Assembly: GCF_056712565.1 (NCBI RefSeq)
Contig: NZ_CM160072.1
Length of the DNA: 64,000 nt
Strand: one strand, 5' to 3'
Both the position numbers and the translations under genes were made by a program. The notes beneath the pieces are model-generated. The model was not told where the DNA came from. It made no database searches and saw only the letters and a list, made by a program, of their open reading frames with translations. Shown one piece after another: positions 8,686-18,646 of this stretch (positions are counted from its first letter, which is position 1; every line of letters begins with the position of its first letter).

Positions 8686-9498
8686 CTAGACACTTCCGAG
8701 CCGTTGATAATACTGGTTTTCATATTCTGTCGGTGACATCTGTTCGCTAGAACCATGCCGACGCTTACTGTTATAAAACATTTCGATGTAATCAAAAATA
8801 TCACTGCGGGCTTCTTCCCGCATTCCGTAGATCTTTTTCTTTATCCGTTCACGTTTCAACAACTGGAAAAAACTTTCTGCAACCGCATTATCATGGCAGT
8901 TACCGCGACGGCTCATGCTACCCTCCAGGCCGTGTGATTTCAGGAACGACTGCCACTCATGGCTTGTGTACTGACTGCCCTGATCCGAATGAACCAGCAC
9001 CTGTTTTTCGGGATTACGCCGCCATACAGCCATCAGCAGTGCGTTCAGGACAATGTCCTTTGTCATCCGGGATTGCATGGACCAGCCGATAATTTTGCGT
9101 GAGAACAGATCAACAACAACGGCAAGATACAGCCAGCCTTCGTGGGTCCTGATGTAGGTTATGTCCGTTACCCAACGCTCATCAGGAGCATCCGGATTGA
9201 ACTGTCGCTGGAGCCTGTTGGGTGACATGATACTGGCCTCGCCTTTACGTGCCCGCGGGCTTCGGTATCCGACCTGAGCCTTTATTCCGACACGTTTCAT
9301 CAGTCTCCAGACTCTGTTTACTCCGCACTGTTGCCCGCTGTCACGCAGATCCAGATGGATTTTGCGATAACCATAGACGCATCCCGATTCCAGCCAGAAC
9401 TGTTTAATCTGTCCTGTCAGTCTCAGGTCTGCCTGATGGCGTTGTGAATGCGGCTGCTGAAGCCAGGCGTAAAAACCACTGGGATGAACATCCAGCAC
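8686..9498 (-). CDS. IS911 transposase OrfB (DDE integrase domain)
   Basis: 270-aa ORF with IS3-family catalytic region (HSDQGSQYTS.., CHDNAVAESFF). Confidence 0.8.
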   Translation of the reverse strand: MLDVHPSGFYAWLQQPHSQRHQADLRLTGQIKQFWLESGCVYGYRKIHLDLRDSGQQCGVNRVWRLMKRVGIKAQVGYRSPRARKGEASIMSPNRLQRQFNPDAPDERWVTDITYIRTHEGWLYLAVVVDLFSRKIIGWSMQSRMTKDIVLNALLMAVWRRNPEKQVLVHSDQGSQYTSHEWQSFLKSHGLEGSMSRRGNCHDNAVAESFFQLLKRERIKKKIYGMREEARSDIFDYIEMFYNSKRRHGSSEQMSPTEYENQYYQRLGSV

Positions 9499-9554
9499 CC
9501 GACAGAGCAGGCGAACAGGCCAGCAACAGGTGTTGTCACGGATAAAGGCGTACC

Positions 9555-9842
9555 TCAGTCGGACAGCTTTGCGAAGTACGCCGCCTTTTTTAATATTTCA
9601 TTCTCCATTTCAATGCGTTGTAGCTTTTTCCTCAGCTTACGTATTTCGATTTGTTCTGGTGTTATCGGAGAGGCTTTTGGTGTTTTGCCCTGACGCTCAT
9701 CACGCAGTTGTTTGACCCATCTTGTCATTGTGGAAAGGCCAACATCCATAGCTTTGGCGGCATCTGCCACCGTGTATTTCTGGTCAACAACCAGTTGAGC
9801 GGATTCGCGTTTAAACTCTGCGCTAAAATTTCTTTTTTTCAT
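9555..9842 (-). CDS. IS911 OrfA (HTH transposition protein)
   Basis: [49 protein letters not shown].. ; start trimmed to internal Met. Confidence 0.75.
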   Translation of the reverse strand: MKKRNFSAEFKRESAQLVVDQKYTVADAAKAMDVGLSTMTRWVKQLRDERQGKTPKASPITPEQIEIRKLRKKLQRIEMENEILKKAAYFAKLSD

Positions 9843-9915
9843 TGGAGCACCTGTGTTGTTCTGAGGTGAGCATATCACCTCTGTTCAGGTGGCCAAATTC
9901 AGTGTGCCACTTCAA

Positions 9916-10289
9916 GCCGGGAGCGGCGTCAGCCAGTCTCCCTTTACCCGCGCTTTTTCGGAAAGCCCACCCCAATGTTTTTCTCCTACACCCCAGCCGG
10001 TCAGCAGGACCTTATCCCCGGTCTGATATTCAGGATGTGAGCTGGCGGACACTGTACCGGCAAAATCAATGCCTGGCACCATTGGAAAGTGCCGGACGAT
10101 AGGCCCGCGGCCCGTAATAGCCAGTGCGTCTTTGTAGTTGATAGATGAACAGTCGACATTGACCTCCACATCCCCCTGTGGCAGCTCGCTTTCAGCGATT
10201 TCAGCAATTTGGGCACTGTGGCGACCATACATCTTACTGATTAATAAGGATTTAAACATTTTTTTCTCGTCTTTCTGGTTTGATGTCAT
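9916..10289 (-). pseudogene. N-terminal fragment of YhdH/AcuI-like NADPH-dependent quinone oxidoreductase, truncated by IS911
   Basis: 125-aa ORF with [34 protein letters not shown] motifs of MDR superfamily; ends at the IS911 terminus. Confidence 0.6.
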
Positions 10290-10859
10290 TGAGCTATAAA
10301 GTAGTCAATAAACAATATTGACCGATCGTCTAATAATCAACGCTGATATCCCAGTGTTTGTCAGAAAACAAGAATTGCTTTTCTTTTCATCAGGTTAAAT
10401 CTATCTTTTTTGATTTATATCAAACCAGATTCGGTCTTCAATTATATAGGCATCAATGTTAGCGGTCCTACAAGATACGCAGTCGATGCTTCAGGGCGTA
10501 CTGATGAAATAAAACAAGTAGGCTGAGATTAGTTGGTCTGCTCATCGCTCACAGCGGACCTTCAGCTTCGTTAGCCAAGCGCTGACATAGTTACCGATGT
10601 AGCGTGTTAATCTGTCGGGAGCATAGCCGAAATCACTTAACCCATTAGACTTCACCTAAAACTGCAAAAATTACCGTCTTTGTCACACTCACCGAGTTTA
10701 ATCAAACTAACACTGTACATAGTGCGAACAAGAGCCAACCAGAAAGACTGTTCAGCATCAACAGTGAAGTTTTTCCCCGCTACTTCCCCGCAATTCTTCC
10801 GCAGTTTTCCCACTAGAGAGTTCGACACATCCCTTGCATACCAACGCTTTGATTCAAAT

Positions 10860-11627
10860 CTCGGTAGTGCATCCAATTAGTAGAATATGTGTTTTTCGAT
10901 AAATGCTCCGATCACTTTTTCGTGGATCTCAACTGAGCGTGAGAAGCAGATTGTTTACGAGCCAACCGCTTAATGTGGGTGCGTAGCGTCAGATTATTAC
11001 GCTCAATGCGTTGGGTGAATATTTTGCCGGTCAGATGCTTATTCTTCGGCACCACCCGGCCATAGCTGTCCCAGTCATCGCTGGTGAGCATGCCGATGTT
11101 GAAGGGTGTAAGCAGTGCCAGTAGCTCCCGGCACGTTTGATCGGTTCGGGGACCAAAAGTGTAGGCCAGTACACCGCCTGTTTTGGTGTTGTACGCGTAC
11201 CAGAGCCAGTGTAGCCGGGCTTTACTGCCAACGTAGCTCCATTGCTCATCAAGCTCGCAGATAAGCGCCACATCAGCATGGGCAACAGGCGAAGAAGTTA
11301 TTTGCGTTGGTGCGAGTTTTTTAAAGTCCGGATGATGGTGTTAATACCAATTTTCAGTGTCCTGGCGGTATCGCGAACCCCGGCACCATTAAAGGCCATT
11401 TCAGTGATCATCTCTTTCATACCCGGCTTACGTGCTTGATAAGTATAAGTGAGCTGAAACACACGGTGGCAGTCACGGCAGCGAAATCTGTCACGGCCTT
11501 TAGGGTTCTGACCATGGCGGTAAACCTGAGCTGACTGACAACGGGGACAATGAATATTAACGCTGGCCATGAGATAACCTCAAAAGCCCGTATTATACAT
11601 CAGATTCAACCAATTAGAGGCATCACC
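10860..11627 (-). mobile_element. Divergent IS1-family insertion sequence
   Basis: InsA-like (11298..11570) and InsB-like (10912..11271) ORFs; ends resemble IS1 IRs (GGTAGTGCATCCAA... / ...GGCATCACC); InsA only about half identical to the canonical IS1 InsA at 17483. Confidence 0.65.
11298..11570 (-). CDS. insA: IS1-family InsA-like protein (divergent isoform)
   Basis: 90 aa, Zn-finger CPRCQS..CRDCHR and HTH resembling IS1 InsA. Confidence 0.7.
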   Translation of the reverse strand: MASVNIHCPRCQSAQVYRHGQNPKGRDRFRCRDCHRVFQLTYTYQARKPGMKEMITEMAFNGAGVRDTARTLKIGINTIIRTLKNSHQRK

Positions 11628-11822
11628 CTTTCCTACATTCGTAGGACTTTGATTACATATAGCAAGGGTTAATTCTTATATACATAGAATAAATTAGGAA
11701 TATAATGAATTTTATCGTGACGACCTTATTTATAATTAATTTATATTGTCAGAGAAATTAGTGTCCACAACATGAAGCCTTACAAAGAGATTCTATGATT
11801 TAAAAAAAATAAGAGCCAGCTT

Positions 11823-13292
11823 ATGCATATCGATTCGACTGAAAAAAATAATAAACAAAAGTTGGGCTTGCTTGCGCTAACATCCATTGTCGTGAGCTCG
11901 ATGATCGGCAGCGGCGTTGACGGACTCCCCCAGAATATGGCGGAGAATTCTGCCGTGGGCCCGGTGGCGATAGCATGGATAGTCTGTGGTATCGGCATGT
12001 TTTTCATCTCCAGAACTTTTATCGTGCTGTCAAACATTAGACCTGATCTCCAGTCAGGAGTTTATATGTATGCCCGGGAAGGGTTCGGCCGATTTACGGC
12101 ATTTAACGTCGCCTGGGGCTACTGGCTGATGACTATATTCAGCAACGTCGCCTTTGCCATTATGGTGATGGATACGCTGAATTATTTCTTACCAGGTGAT
12201 TTCAAGGGAGGGAACAATATTCCTTCCGTTATCGGTGCCTCTTTGCTGATATGGGGATTCAACTTTTTAGTCCTCTCCGGTACCCGCATTGCCGGGTCGA
12301 TTAACATCGTCGGCACGCTGGCCAAACTGATCCCGCTGGTGGCCTTTATTATTATTCTCATGCTGTTTATGAAGTACACCACGTTCGCAGATAACGTCTG
12401 GGGGCACAGCGCGAGTAAGGCCAGTCAGGACCTAGGCTCTATTTTCTCACAGGTAACTTCACCGCTTAGCGTGGCACTCTGGAGCTTCATCGGCGTTGAG
12501 GGGGCTGTCGCTCTTTCCGGTCGGGCCAAAAATAAACGCGACGTGGGTAAAGCCACATTCATTGGCTTCGTTGTATCACTGATTATCTGTCTGCTGGTCT
12601 CCATCCTGCCGTTTGGCGTGCTGACTCAACATGAGCTCAGCGCAATTCCAACCCCATCCACCGCCGGTATTCTGAAGATTGTTGTCGGTGAATGGGGGAA
12701 GATTATGATTATCTTGGGGGTGCTGATTTCGGTGCTTACCAGCTGGCTGGCGTGGACCATCATCTGCGCCGAACTGCCTATGGTGGCCGCGCAGAACGGC
12801 ACATTCCCGAAACCGTTCAGCAAAAAAAATGTGAAGGGTTCGGCCTCGGTTTCGCTTTATATAAGCAGTGCGTTTATGCAAATCGTCGTACTTCTGGTCT
12901 ACTTTTCTAACGATGCCTGGCTTGCAATGCTGGCTATCTCTACCCTGACCGTTTTACCTGCGTATTTAATGACCACGGCATACCTGTTTAAACTATGTAT
13001 TAGCGGCGAGTATGCCAGCTATACCACGAATCACAGCCGCAGCGCCGCGCTGGTCAGCAGTATTATCGGCTTTGTATTCTGCCTGTTTATGTTCTACGCC
13101 AGTGAAATCAAATATCTGGCGATGGTTCCGGTGCTGCTTACGCTGGGCGTGCCCCTGTTTATCTGGGCAAGAAAAAAAGACGATCGCGCAGATAAAATAT
13201 TTACGCTACGCGAACTGGCATTTTTTATTTTACTGCTGGTCCTCGACATCATTGTTTTTATTCTACTGCATTATAAAACGATACATTTTTAG
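11823..13292 (+). CDS. APC-superfamily basic amino acid antiporter, ArcD/YdgI-like (paralog 1)
   Basis: 489 aa polytopic; N-terminal KLGLLALTSIVVSSMIGSGV..LPQNMA and GVYMYAREGFG, FIGVEGAV..SGRAKNKRDVGKAT motifs as in arginine:ornithine-type antiporters. Confidence 0.7.
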   Translation: MHIDSTEKNNKQKLGLLALTSIVVSSMIGSGVDGLPQNMAENSAVGPVAIAWIVCGIGMFFISRTFIVLSNIRPDLQSGVYMYAREGFGRFTAFNVAWGYWLMTIFSNVAFAIMVMDTLNYFLPGDFKGGNNIPSVIGASLLIWGFNFLVLSGTRIAGSINIVGTLAKLIPLVAFIIILMLFMKYTTFADNVWGHSASKASQDLGSIFSQVTSPLSVALWSFIGVEGAVALSGRAKNKRDVGKATFIGFVVSLIICLLVSILPFGVLTQHELSAIPTPSTAGILKIVVGEWGKIMIILGVLISVLTSWLAWTIICAELPMVAAQNGTFPKPFSKKNVKGSASVSLYISSAFMQIVVLLVYFSNDAWLAMLAISTLTVLPAYLMTTAYLFKLCISGEYASYTTNHSRSAALVSSIIGFVFCLFMFYASEIKYLAMVPVLLTLGVPLFIWARKKDDRADKIFTLRELAFFILLLVLDIIVFILLHYKTIHF

Positions 13293-13396
13293 TCCAGATT
13301 AATTCACAGCAAGTTAAGGTGACGATAATGTCTGTTTCTTGGGCATGACATCCTCACAGTTAAATACTATCTGAACAGTAACCGTGGAGACACCTA

Positions 13397-15766
13397 ATGA
13401 AATTTAACCACAATCTTTTATTTATTTCCTCACAATATCTTGATGGCGACAACCCTTCGCAGCAGGTACTGGAAGAGCTTCAAACCGAACTCGCGGAACG
13501 CGGTTTTAAAATTCATATCACGCACCAGATCTCTGATGGATTAAAAATCATCGAAAAAAGCCCCCAATACAGCGGGATTGGTTTTTACTGGGAGCCAGAC
13601 AATCCGACCTTTGCAGAAGAGCTACAGCACTTTATCAGCATATTCCGCAAAAGAAATGCCACGACGCCGCTGATAATTTTCTCAGAACAGAATATTACCG
13701 ATCGTATCCCACTCGACGTCTTAAAAGAGGTCAGCGAATATGTTTATCTGTTCTCTGAATCCGCAGCCTTCACTGCCAATCGACTGTACTCCTTAGTCCA
13801 CCGCTATGCGGATAAGCTTCTTCCTCCCTACTTTAAAACCCTTAAGGACTTTACCGAGGACGGTGACTATTACTGGGACTGCCCGGGGCATATGGGGGGA
13901 ATGGCCTATCTGAAACATCCTGTTGGCATTGAGTTCATTAACTTCTTTGGCGAAAACATGATGCGCGCTGATATTGGCGTGGCTACCGCGGAGATGGGGG
14001 ATTATCTGATCCACGCCGGACCGCCTAAAAAATCGGAAGAAATTGCGGCCCGACTGTTTGGCTCTGATTGGACCTTCTACGGTGTTTCCGGCTCATCGGG
14101 GTCGAACCGTATTGTGGCCCAGGCTGCGGTTGGCGCAGATGAAATTGCCATTATTGACCGAAATTGCCACAAGTCACTTAATCATGGCCTGACCTTGTCT
14201 CAGGCAAGGCCGGTTTACCTGAAACCTACCCGCAACGCGTGGGGGCTGATTGGGCCTATCCCGACCGGGCGCCTGAAGAAGGCCAGTATTGATGCGCTGG
14301 TGGCAAACAGCCGACTGGCATCTGGTGCGGTCAGCCAGTCCCCGTCCTACGCCGTGGTAACCAACTGCACCTATGATGGCTTCTGTTATAACGTGAACGA
14401 TGTAGTCAGACACCTGGGTGAAAGCGCACCGCGCATCCATTTTGATGAAGCATGGTATGCCTATGCGCGTTTCCATCCGCTATACCAGAGTCGCTATGCA
14501 ATGGACGCGGAGGAAACGCCAAATCGTCCAACCCTATTCGCCGTACAGTCCACCCATAAAATGCTGCCCTCACTCTCCATGGCCTCAATGATTCATGTGA
14601 AGAAAAGCGATCGCGCGCCGCTTAATTTCGATGACTTTAACGATGCCTTTATGATGCACGGCACGACCTCACCCTACTACCCGATCATTGCATCAATTGA
14701 TGTGGCAGTAAGCATGATGGAGGGTGAATCCGGTTATTCGCTTGTGCAGGAGTCAATTGAAGAAGCGATTGCCTTCCGTAAAGCCGTGGTCAGCGTCAAG
14801 CGCCAGCTCCAGGAGCAGGAAGGTGGTGACGCCTGGTTCTTCGATGTGCTTCAGCCAACCGAAGTGCAGGACAGCGATTCTGGGCAGCGATACAGTTTTG
14901 AAGAGGCACCCGTATCGCTGCTGAGCCACAGCGCCGACTGCTGGTCGCTGCGCTCCGGTGAGCGCTGGCACGGTTTTGCCGATGATGATCTGGTCGAAAC
15001 CAACAGTATGCTCGATCCAGTAAAAGTGACCCTGACTTGTCCAGGGATCGGCCCGAAGGGAGAATACCAGAAAAACGGTATTCCGGGATATTTGCTGACC
15101 CGTTTTCTCGATGACCGTCGCATTGAAATTGCCCGTACTGGTGACTACACCGTGCTGATCCTGTTCTCCGTCGGCATCACCAAAGGCAAATGGGGAACTC
15201 TGATTGAAAGCCTGCTGGCCTTTAAAAAGCATTACGACAATGACGATCTGGCCACAGATGCTATCCCGTCGCTGAAAGCGCATTCTCCACACTACGACAC
15301 GCTAACCCTCAAGGAGCTATGTCAGATAATGCATGAAAAAATGGATGAGCTGGAGCTGATGTCGCATATCAACGACGCGGTAAACACCGATCCGGAACCA
15401 GTTATGACCCCGGCAGAAGCCTATCAGAAAGTCGTACGCTACAAAACCGAGCATATCCGGCTGGATGATTTTAGCGGCAGAATTGCCGCCAGCATGCTCG
15501 TCCCATATCCCCCAGGCATTCCTGTACTGATGCCGGGCGAACGGATGCCGCAAGGTAACAAGGGCATTATTGGCTATCTGCGCGCCCTGCAGGAATTCGA
15601 TAAGCAATTCCCAGGTTTTGAACATGAGATCCAGGGCGTTAACGTCGATGAAAACGGGGACTTCTGGGTCAGAGCGATTGTGGAAGAAGAACGCGATGGG
15701 CAGTCGCTACCCGGCCACATAACCTTTAAACGCCAGGTCTCTGGTATTAAAAAGGGCCGCCAGTAG
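13397..15766 (+). CDS. PLP-dependent Orn/Lys/Arg decarboxylase, AdiA-like (biodegradative arginine decarboxylase family)
   Basis: 789 aa; DRNCHKS, VTNCTYDGFCYN, HFDEAWYAYARF, QSTHKMLP (PLP lysine), GKWGTLIESLLAFKKHYD closely parallel recalled AdiA motifs, less so CadA/SpeF. Confidence 0.8.
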   Translation: MKFNHNLLFISSQYLDGDNPSQQVLEELQTELAERGFKIHITHQISDGLKIIEKSPQYSGIGFYWEPDNPTFAEELQHFISIFRKRNATTPLIIFSEQNITDRIPLDVLKEVSEYVYLFSESAAFTANRLYSLVHRYADKLLPPYFKTLKDFTEDGDYYWDCPGHMGGMAYLKHPVGIEFINFFGENMMRADIGVATAEMGDYLIHAGPPKKSEEIAARLFGSDWTFYGVSGSSGSNRIVAQAAVGADEIAIIDRNCHKSLNHGLTLSQARPVYLKPTRNAWGLIGPIPTGRLKKASIDALVANSRLASGAVSQSPSYAVVTNCTYDGFCYNVNDVVRHLGESAPRIHFDEAWYAYARFHPLYQSRYAMDAEETPNRPTLFAVQSTHKMLPSLSMASMIHVKKSDRAPLNFDDFNDAFMMHGTTSPYYPIIASIDVAVSMMEGESGYSLVQESIEEAIAFRKAVVSVKRQLQEQEGGDAWFFDVLQPTEVQDSDSGQRYSFEEAPVSLLSHSADCWSLRSGERWHGFADDDLVETNSMLDPVKVTLTCPGIGPKGEYQKNGIPGYLLTRFLDDRRIEIARTGDYTVLILFSVGITKGKWGTLIESLLAFKKHYDNDDLATDAIPSLKAHSPHYDTLTLKELCQIMHEKMDELELMSHINDAVNTDPEPVMTPAEAYQKVVRYKTEHIRLDDFSGRIAASMLVPYPPGIPVLMPGERMPQGNKGIIGYLRALQEFDKQFPGFEHEIQGVNVDENGDFWVRAIVEEERDGQSLPGHITFKRQVSGIKKGRQ

Positions 15767-15840
15767 GCGGGGGAAAGAACAATACCGTCGGATCGCCTGC
15801 AATCCGACGGCAATATTATAGAATAGCTGAGGGAAACGTT

Positions 15841-17340
15841 ATGGCAGAGCAATCTTCAGATGTAAAAAATAGTGACAATAGCGCCGGAGGACATAAGCTG
15901 GGGCTTATATCCCTCATCGCTATTGTCGTTAGCTCCATGCTGGGAGGCGGCGTTTTCAGTCTGCCGCAAAACACGGCGGCCTCTTCTGCACTAGGGCCAG
16001 TAATCATTGCATGGATTATTGCCGGGATCGGTATTTATTTTATCGCAAACTCCTTTCGCGTACTATCAGATCTGCGCCCGGACCTTCAGGCTGGAGTGTA
16101 TATGTATGCCCAGGAAGGTTTTGGTTCCTTTATTGGCTTTAACGTCGCCTGGGGCTACTGGCTGATGACCGCATTTGGCAACGTTGCCTTTGCGGTAATT
16201 TTAATGGATGCTTTTAATCAGTTTATGCCGGGGGTTTTTACGGATGGTAATAATCTGAACTCCATTATCTGCGGCTCAGTGCTGATCTGGGGCTATAATT
16301 TTCTTGTTCTGTCCGGGACGAAAGTGGCCGGATTTGTTAACACCTTGGGAACCATCGCCAAGCTCGTCCCTCTGATCCTATTCGTATTACTGCTGGGTGT
16401 GCTGATCGATTATTCGGACCTGTTTAAAAACTTTTGGGGAGAATCACCCGCGATCCTCAGTGGCAACGGAAATGACGCCGCACCAGTATCGCTGCTGTCT
16501 CAGATTCTGGCACCGATGACCGTAACGCTCTGGGCCTTTATTGGCGTCGAGGGAGCGGTTGTTCTATCCGGACGTGCCAAAAATAAACAGGACGTAGGGA
16601 AAGCCACACTGATCGGCTTTCTGCTGGCGCTAATTATTTATATGTTAATGTCCATTCTGCCGTTCGGTGTAATGCCTCAGGCAGAACTAGCGCAGGTCAG
16701 TAACCCCTCTACCGCAGGCGTGCTCGCCCACGTTGTCGGTCAGTGGGGCGACTGGCTGATGAGCGCGGGGCTGATTATTTCTGTTCTGGCCGGCTGGCTT
16801 GCCTGGACCATGCTATGCGCTGAAATACCGATGGTCGCAGGACAGAAAGGCGCTTTCCCGCGCGCGTTTGCCCGAACGAACAGTAAACAGGCGGCCAATG
16901 TGTCACTGTGGGTTAGTAGCTTTGTGATGCAGGCGGCCATGTTACTTGTTTATTTTTCAAATAATGCTTGGACCACCATGTATAATATCAGTGCGCTGAT
17001 GGTTGTTCCGGCCTATATTACCACCACGCTGTATCTGACCAGTATTTGCAGAAACGGAAAATATGATCAGTATGCAAAAAAAGGCCGCAGGCTGGCTTTG
17101 TCCAGCGGTGTTTTAGGCTCGCTATTCTGTCTGTTTATTCTTTACGCCAGCCAGATTGAGTATGTTGCATTAATTCCTATCCTGTTGACCTGTGGTCTGC
17201 CGGTCTTTATCTGGTCAAGAAAAGAAAAAAATGATGGTCAGCCGATATTTACCAAAAAAGAGCTGATTTATCTGATTATGCTGTTGCTGTGCGATATTAT
17301 CGTCGTTGCCCTGTTTATTGGTGGATATTTAAAGGTATAA
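15841..17340 (+). CDS. APC-superfamily basic amino acid antiporter, ArcD/YdgI-like (paralog 2)
   Basis: 499 aa; same motif set as 11823..13292 (KLGLISLIAIVVSSMLGGGVFSLPQN..). Confidence 0.7.
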   Translation: MAEQSSDVKNSDNSAGGHKLGLISLIAIVVSSMLGGGVFSLPQNTAASSALGPVIIAWIIAGIGIYFIANSFRVLSDLRPDLQAGVYMYAQEGFGSFIGFNVAWGYWLMTAFGNVAFAVILMDAFNQFMPGVFTDGNNLNSIICGSVLIWGYNFLVLSGTKVAGFVNTLGTIAKLVPLILFVLLLGVLIDYSDLFKNFWGESPAILSGNGNDAAPVSLLSQILAPMTVTLWAFIGVEGAVVLSGRAKNKQDVGKATLIGFLLALIIYMLMSILPFGVMPQAELAQVSNPSTAGVLAHVVGQWGDWLMSAGLIISVLAGWLAWTMLCAEIPMVAGQKGAFPRAFARTNSKQAANVSLWVSSFVMQAAMLLVYFSNNAWTTMYNISALMVVPAYITTTLYLTSICRNGKYDQYAKKGRRLALSSGVLGSLFCLFILYASQIEYVALIPILLTCGLPVFIWSRKEKNDGQPIFTKKELIYLIMLLLCDIIVVALFIGGYLKV

Positions 17341-17482
17341 GTCCGAGTTAAATCTTTACTGGGCTAGTAATGCCGCCTTTTAAACAAGAAGGGCGGCAAT
17401 CTTACTGAAATTAGTATGCTGCAAATCGGTAATGCTGCCAACTTACTGATTTAGTGTATGATGGTGATTTTAAGGTGCTTGC

Positions 17483-17758
17483 GTGGCTTCCATTTCCATC
17501 AGATGTCCTTCCTGCTCCGCTACTGAAGGCGTGGTGCGTAACGGCAAAAGCACTGCCGGACATCAGCGCTATCTCTGCTCTCATTGCCGTAAAACATGGC
17601 AACTGCAGTTCACTTACACCGCTTCTCAACCCGGTACGCACCAGAAAATCATTGATATGGCCATGAATGGCGTTGGATGCCGGGCAACTGCCCGCATTAT
17701 GGGCGTTGGCCTCAACACGATTTTACGTCACTTAAAAAACTCAGGCCGCAGTCGGTAA
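17483..17758 (+). CDS. insA: IS1 InsA
   Basis: [40 protein letters not shown]... 91 aa. Confidence 0.9.
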   Translation: MASISIRCPSCSATEGVVRNGKSTAGHQRYLCSHCRKTWQLQFTYTASQPGTHQKIIDMAMNGVGCRATARIMGVGLNTILRHLKNSGRSR

Positions 17759-18180
17759 CCTCGCGCATACAGCCGGGCAGTGACGTCATCGTCTGCGCGG
17801 AAATGGGCGAACAGTGGGGCTATGTCGGGGCTAAATCGCGCCAGCGCTGGCTGTTTTACGCGTATGACAGGCTCCGGAAGACGGTTGTTGCGCACGTATT
17901 CGGTGAACGCACTATGGCGACGCTGGGGCGTCTTATGAGCCTGCTGTCACCCTTTGACGTGGTGATATGGATGACGGATGGCTGGCCGCTGTATGAATCC
18001 CGCCTGAAGGGAAAGCTGCACGTAATCAGCAAGCGATATACGCAGCGAATTGAGCGGCATAACCTGAATCTGAGGCAGCACCTGGCACGGCTGGGACGGA
18101 AGTCGCTGTCGTTCTCAAAATCGGTGGAGCTGCATGACAAAGTCATCGGGCATTATCTGAACATAAAACACTATCAATAA
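17677..18180 (+). CDS. insB: IS1 InsB (transposase frame; expressed as InsAB' by frameshift)
   Basis: 167-aa ORF overlapping insA in -1 frame. Confidence 0.85.
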   Translation: MPGNCPHYGRWPQHDFTSLKKLRPQSVTSRIQPGSDVIVCAEMGEQWGYVGAKSRQRWLFYAYDRLRKTVVAHVFGERTMATLGRLMSLLSPFDVVIWMTDGWPLYESRLKGKLHVISKRYTQRIERHNLNLRQHLARLGRKSLSFSKSVELHDKVIGHYLNIKHYQ

Positions 18181-18646
18181 GTTGGAGTCATTACCGACAT
18201 TGTCAAGATGAACAGCATGCATTGTAACAGTCTGCAGTTTATGTTCTCCGTGGATAATTATTCTTATTTCATGGTGATTTTTGTTATATTTTAAAATGCA
18301 TATCTCACCATTTAGTTTTTTATATCACAAAAACATAGTGATGCAATCATACACACCTGCCTCTATCGTACAGAGAAAACGGGCAATTATTTGTATTATT
18401 CCTTCATAACGACTTCAGTATACAGGATGACCGCAACCACGCTCCTTCTCCTGCCCGGGCGAAGTGCCTGGTTCAGACAATTACATTAACTGGCTGAAAT
18501 TTTCGACGCGGTACAAGCCTCCCTGCTTTGAAAGGTGGCCTGGCGCTGCAATTTTTTACTTTTGTTTTTGTATCCGGAAAAACACATCTGCAAGAATCAT
18601 TATTCTCTTGCCTGAAGCTATCCAGCATCCTCAGATATTTCGCACT

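Larger units (their letters stand above)
8667..9915 (-). mobile_element. IS911 (IS3 family) insertion sequence, about 1.25 kb
   Basis: orfA ([21 protein letters not shown]...) and orfB (DDE transposase) in -1 frameshift arrangement; terminal IR GCATATCACCTCTGTTCAGGTGGCCAAATTCAGTGTGCCACTTCA at 9871-9915. Confidence 0.8.
17428..18195 (+). mobile_element. IS1 (canonical), 768 bp
   Basis: IRs GGTAATGCTGCCAACTTACTGAT at 17428 and ..GTTGGAGTCATTACC ending 18195; insA 17483..17758 and insB 17677..18180. Confidence 0.9.

Noticed and set aside
8480-8804. ORFs 8480..8665 and 8520..8804 as intact genes
   Set aside because: 8480..8665 is only the C-terminal tail of an IS66-family transposase (fragment), and 8520..8804 runs across the IS911 end and the orfB stop, so neither is an intact gene.
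11823-17340. Canonical cadB-cadA operon expected next to pheU
   Set aside because: The decarboxylase motifs align with AdiA rather than CadA, the transporters are ArcD-like rather than CadB-like, there are two transporters, and the genes are on the plus strand, unlike the backbone cad operon; treated as island cargo instead.
17341-17427. Possible terminator hairpin after the second antiporter gene (TGCCGCC...GGCGGCA)
   Set aside because: Stem is short with a 14-nt loop and no clear T-run; not confident enough to annotate.
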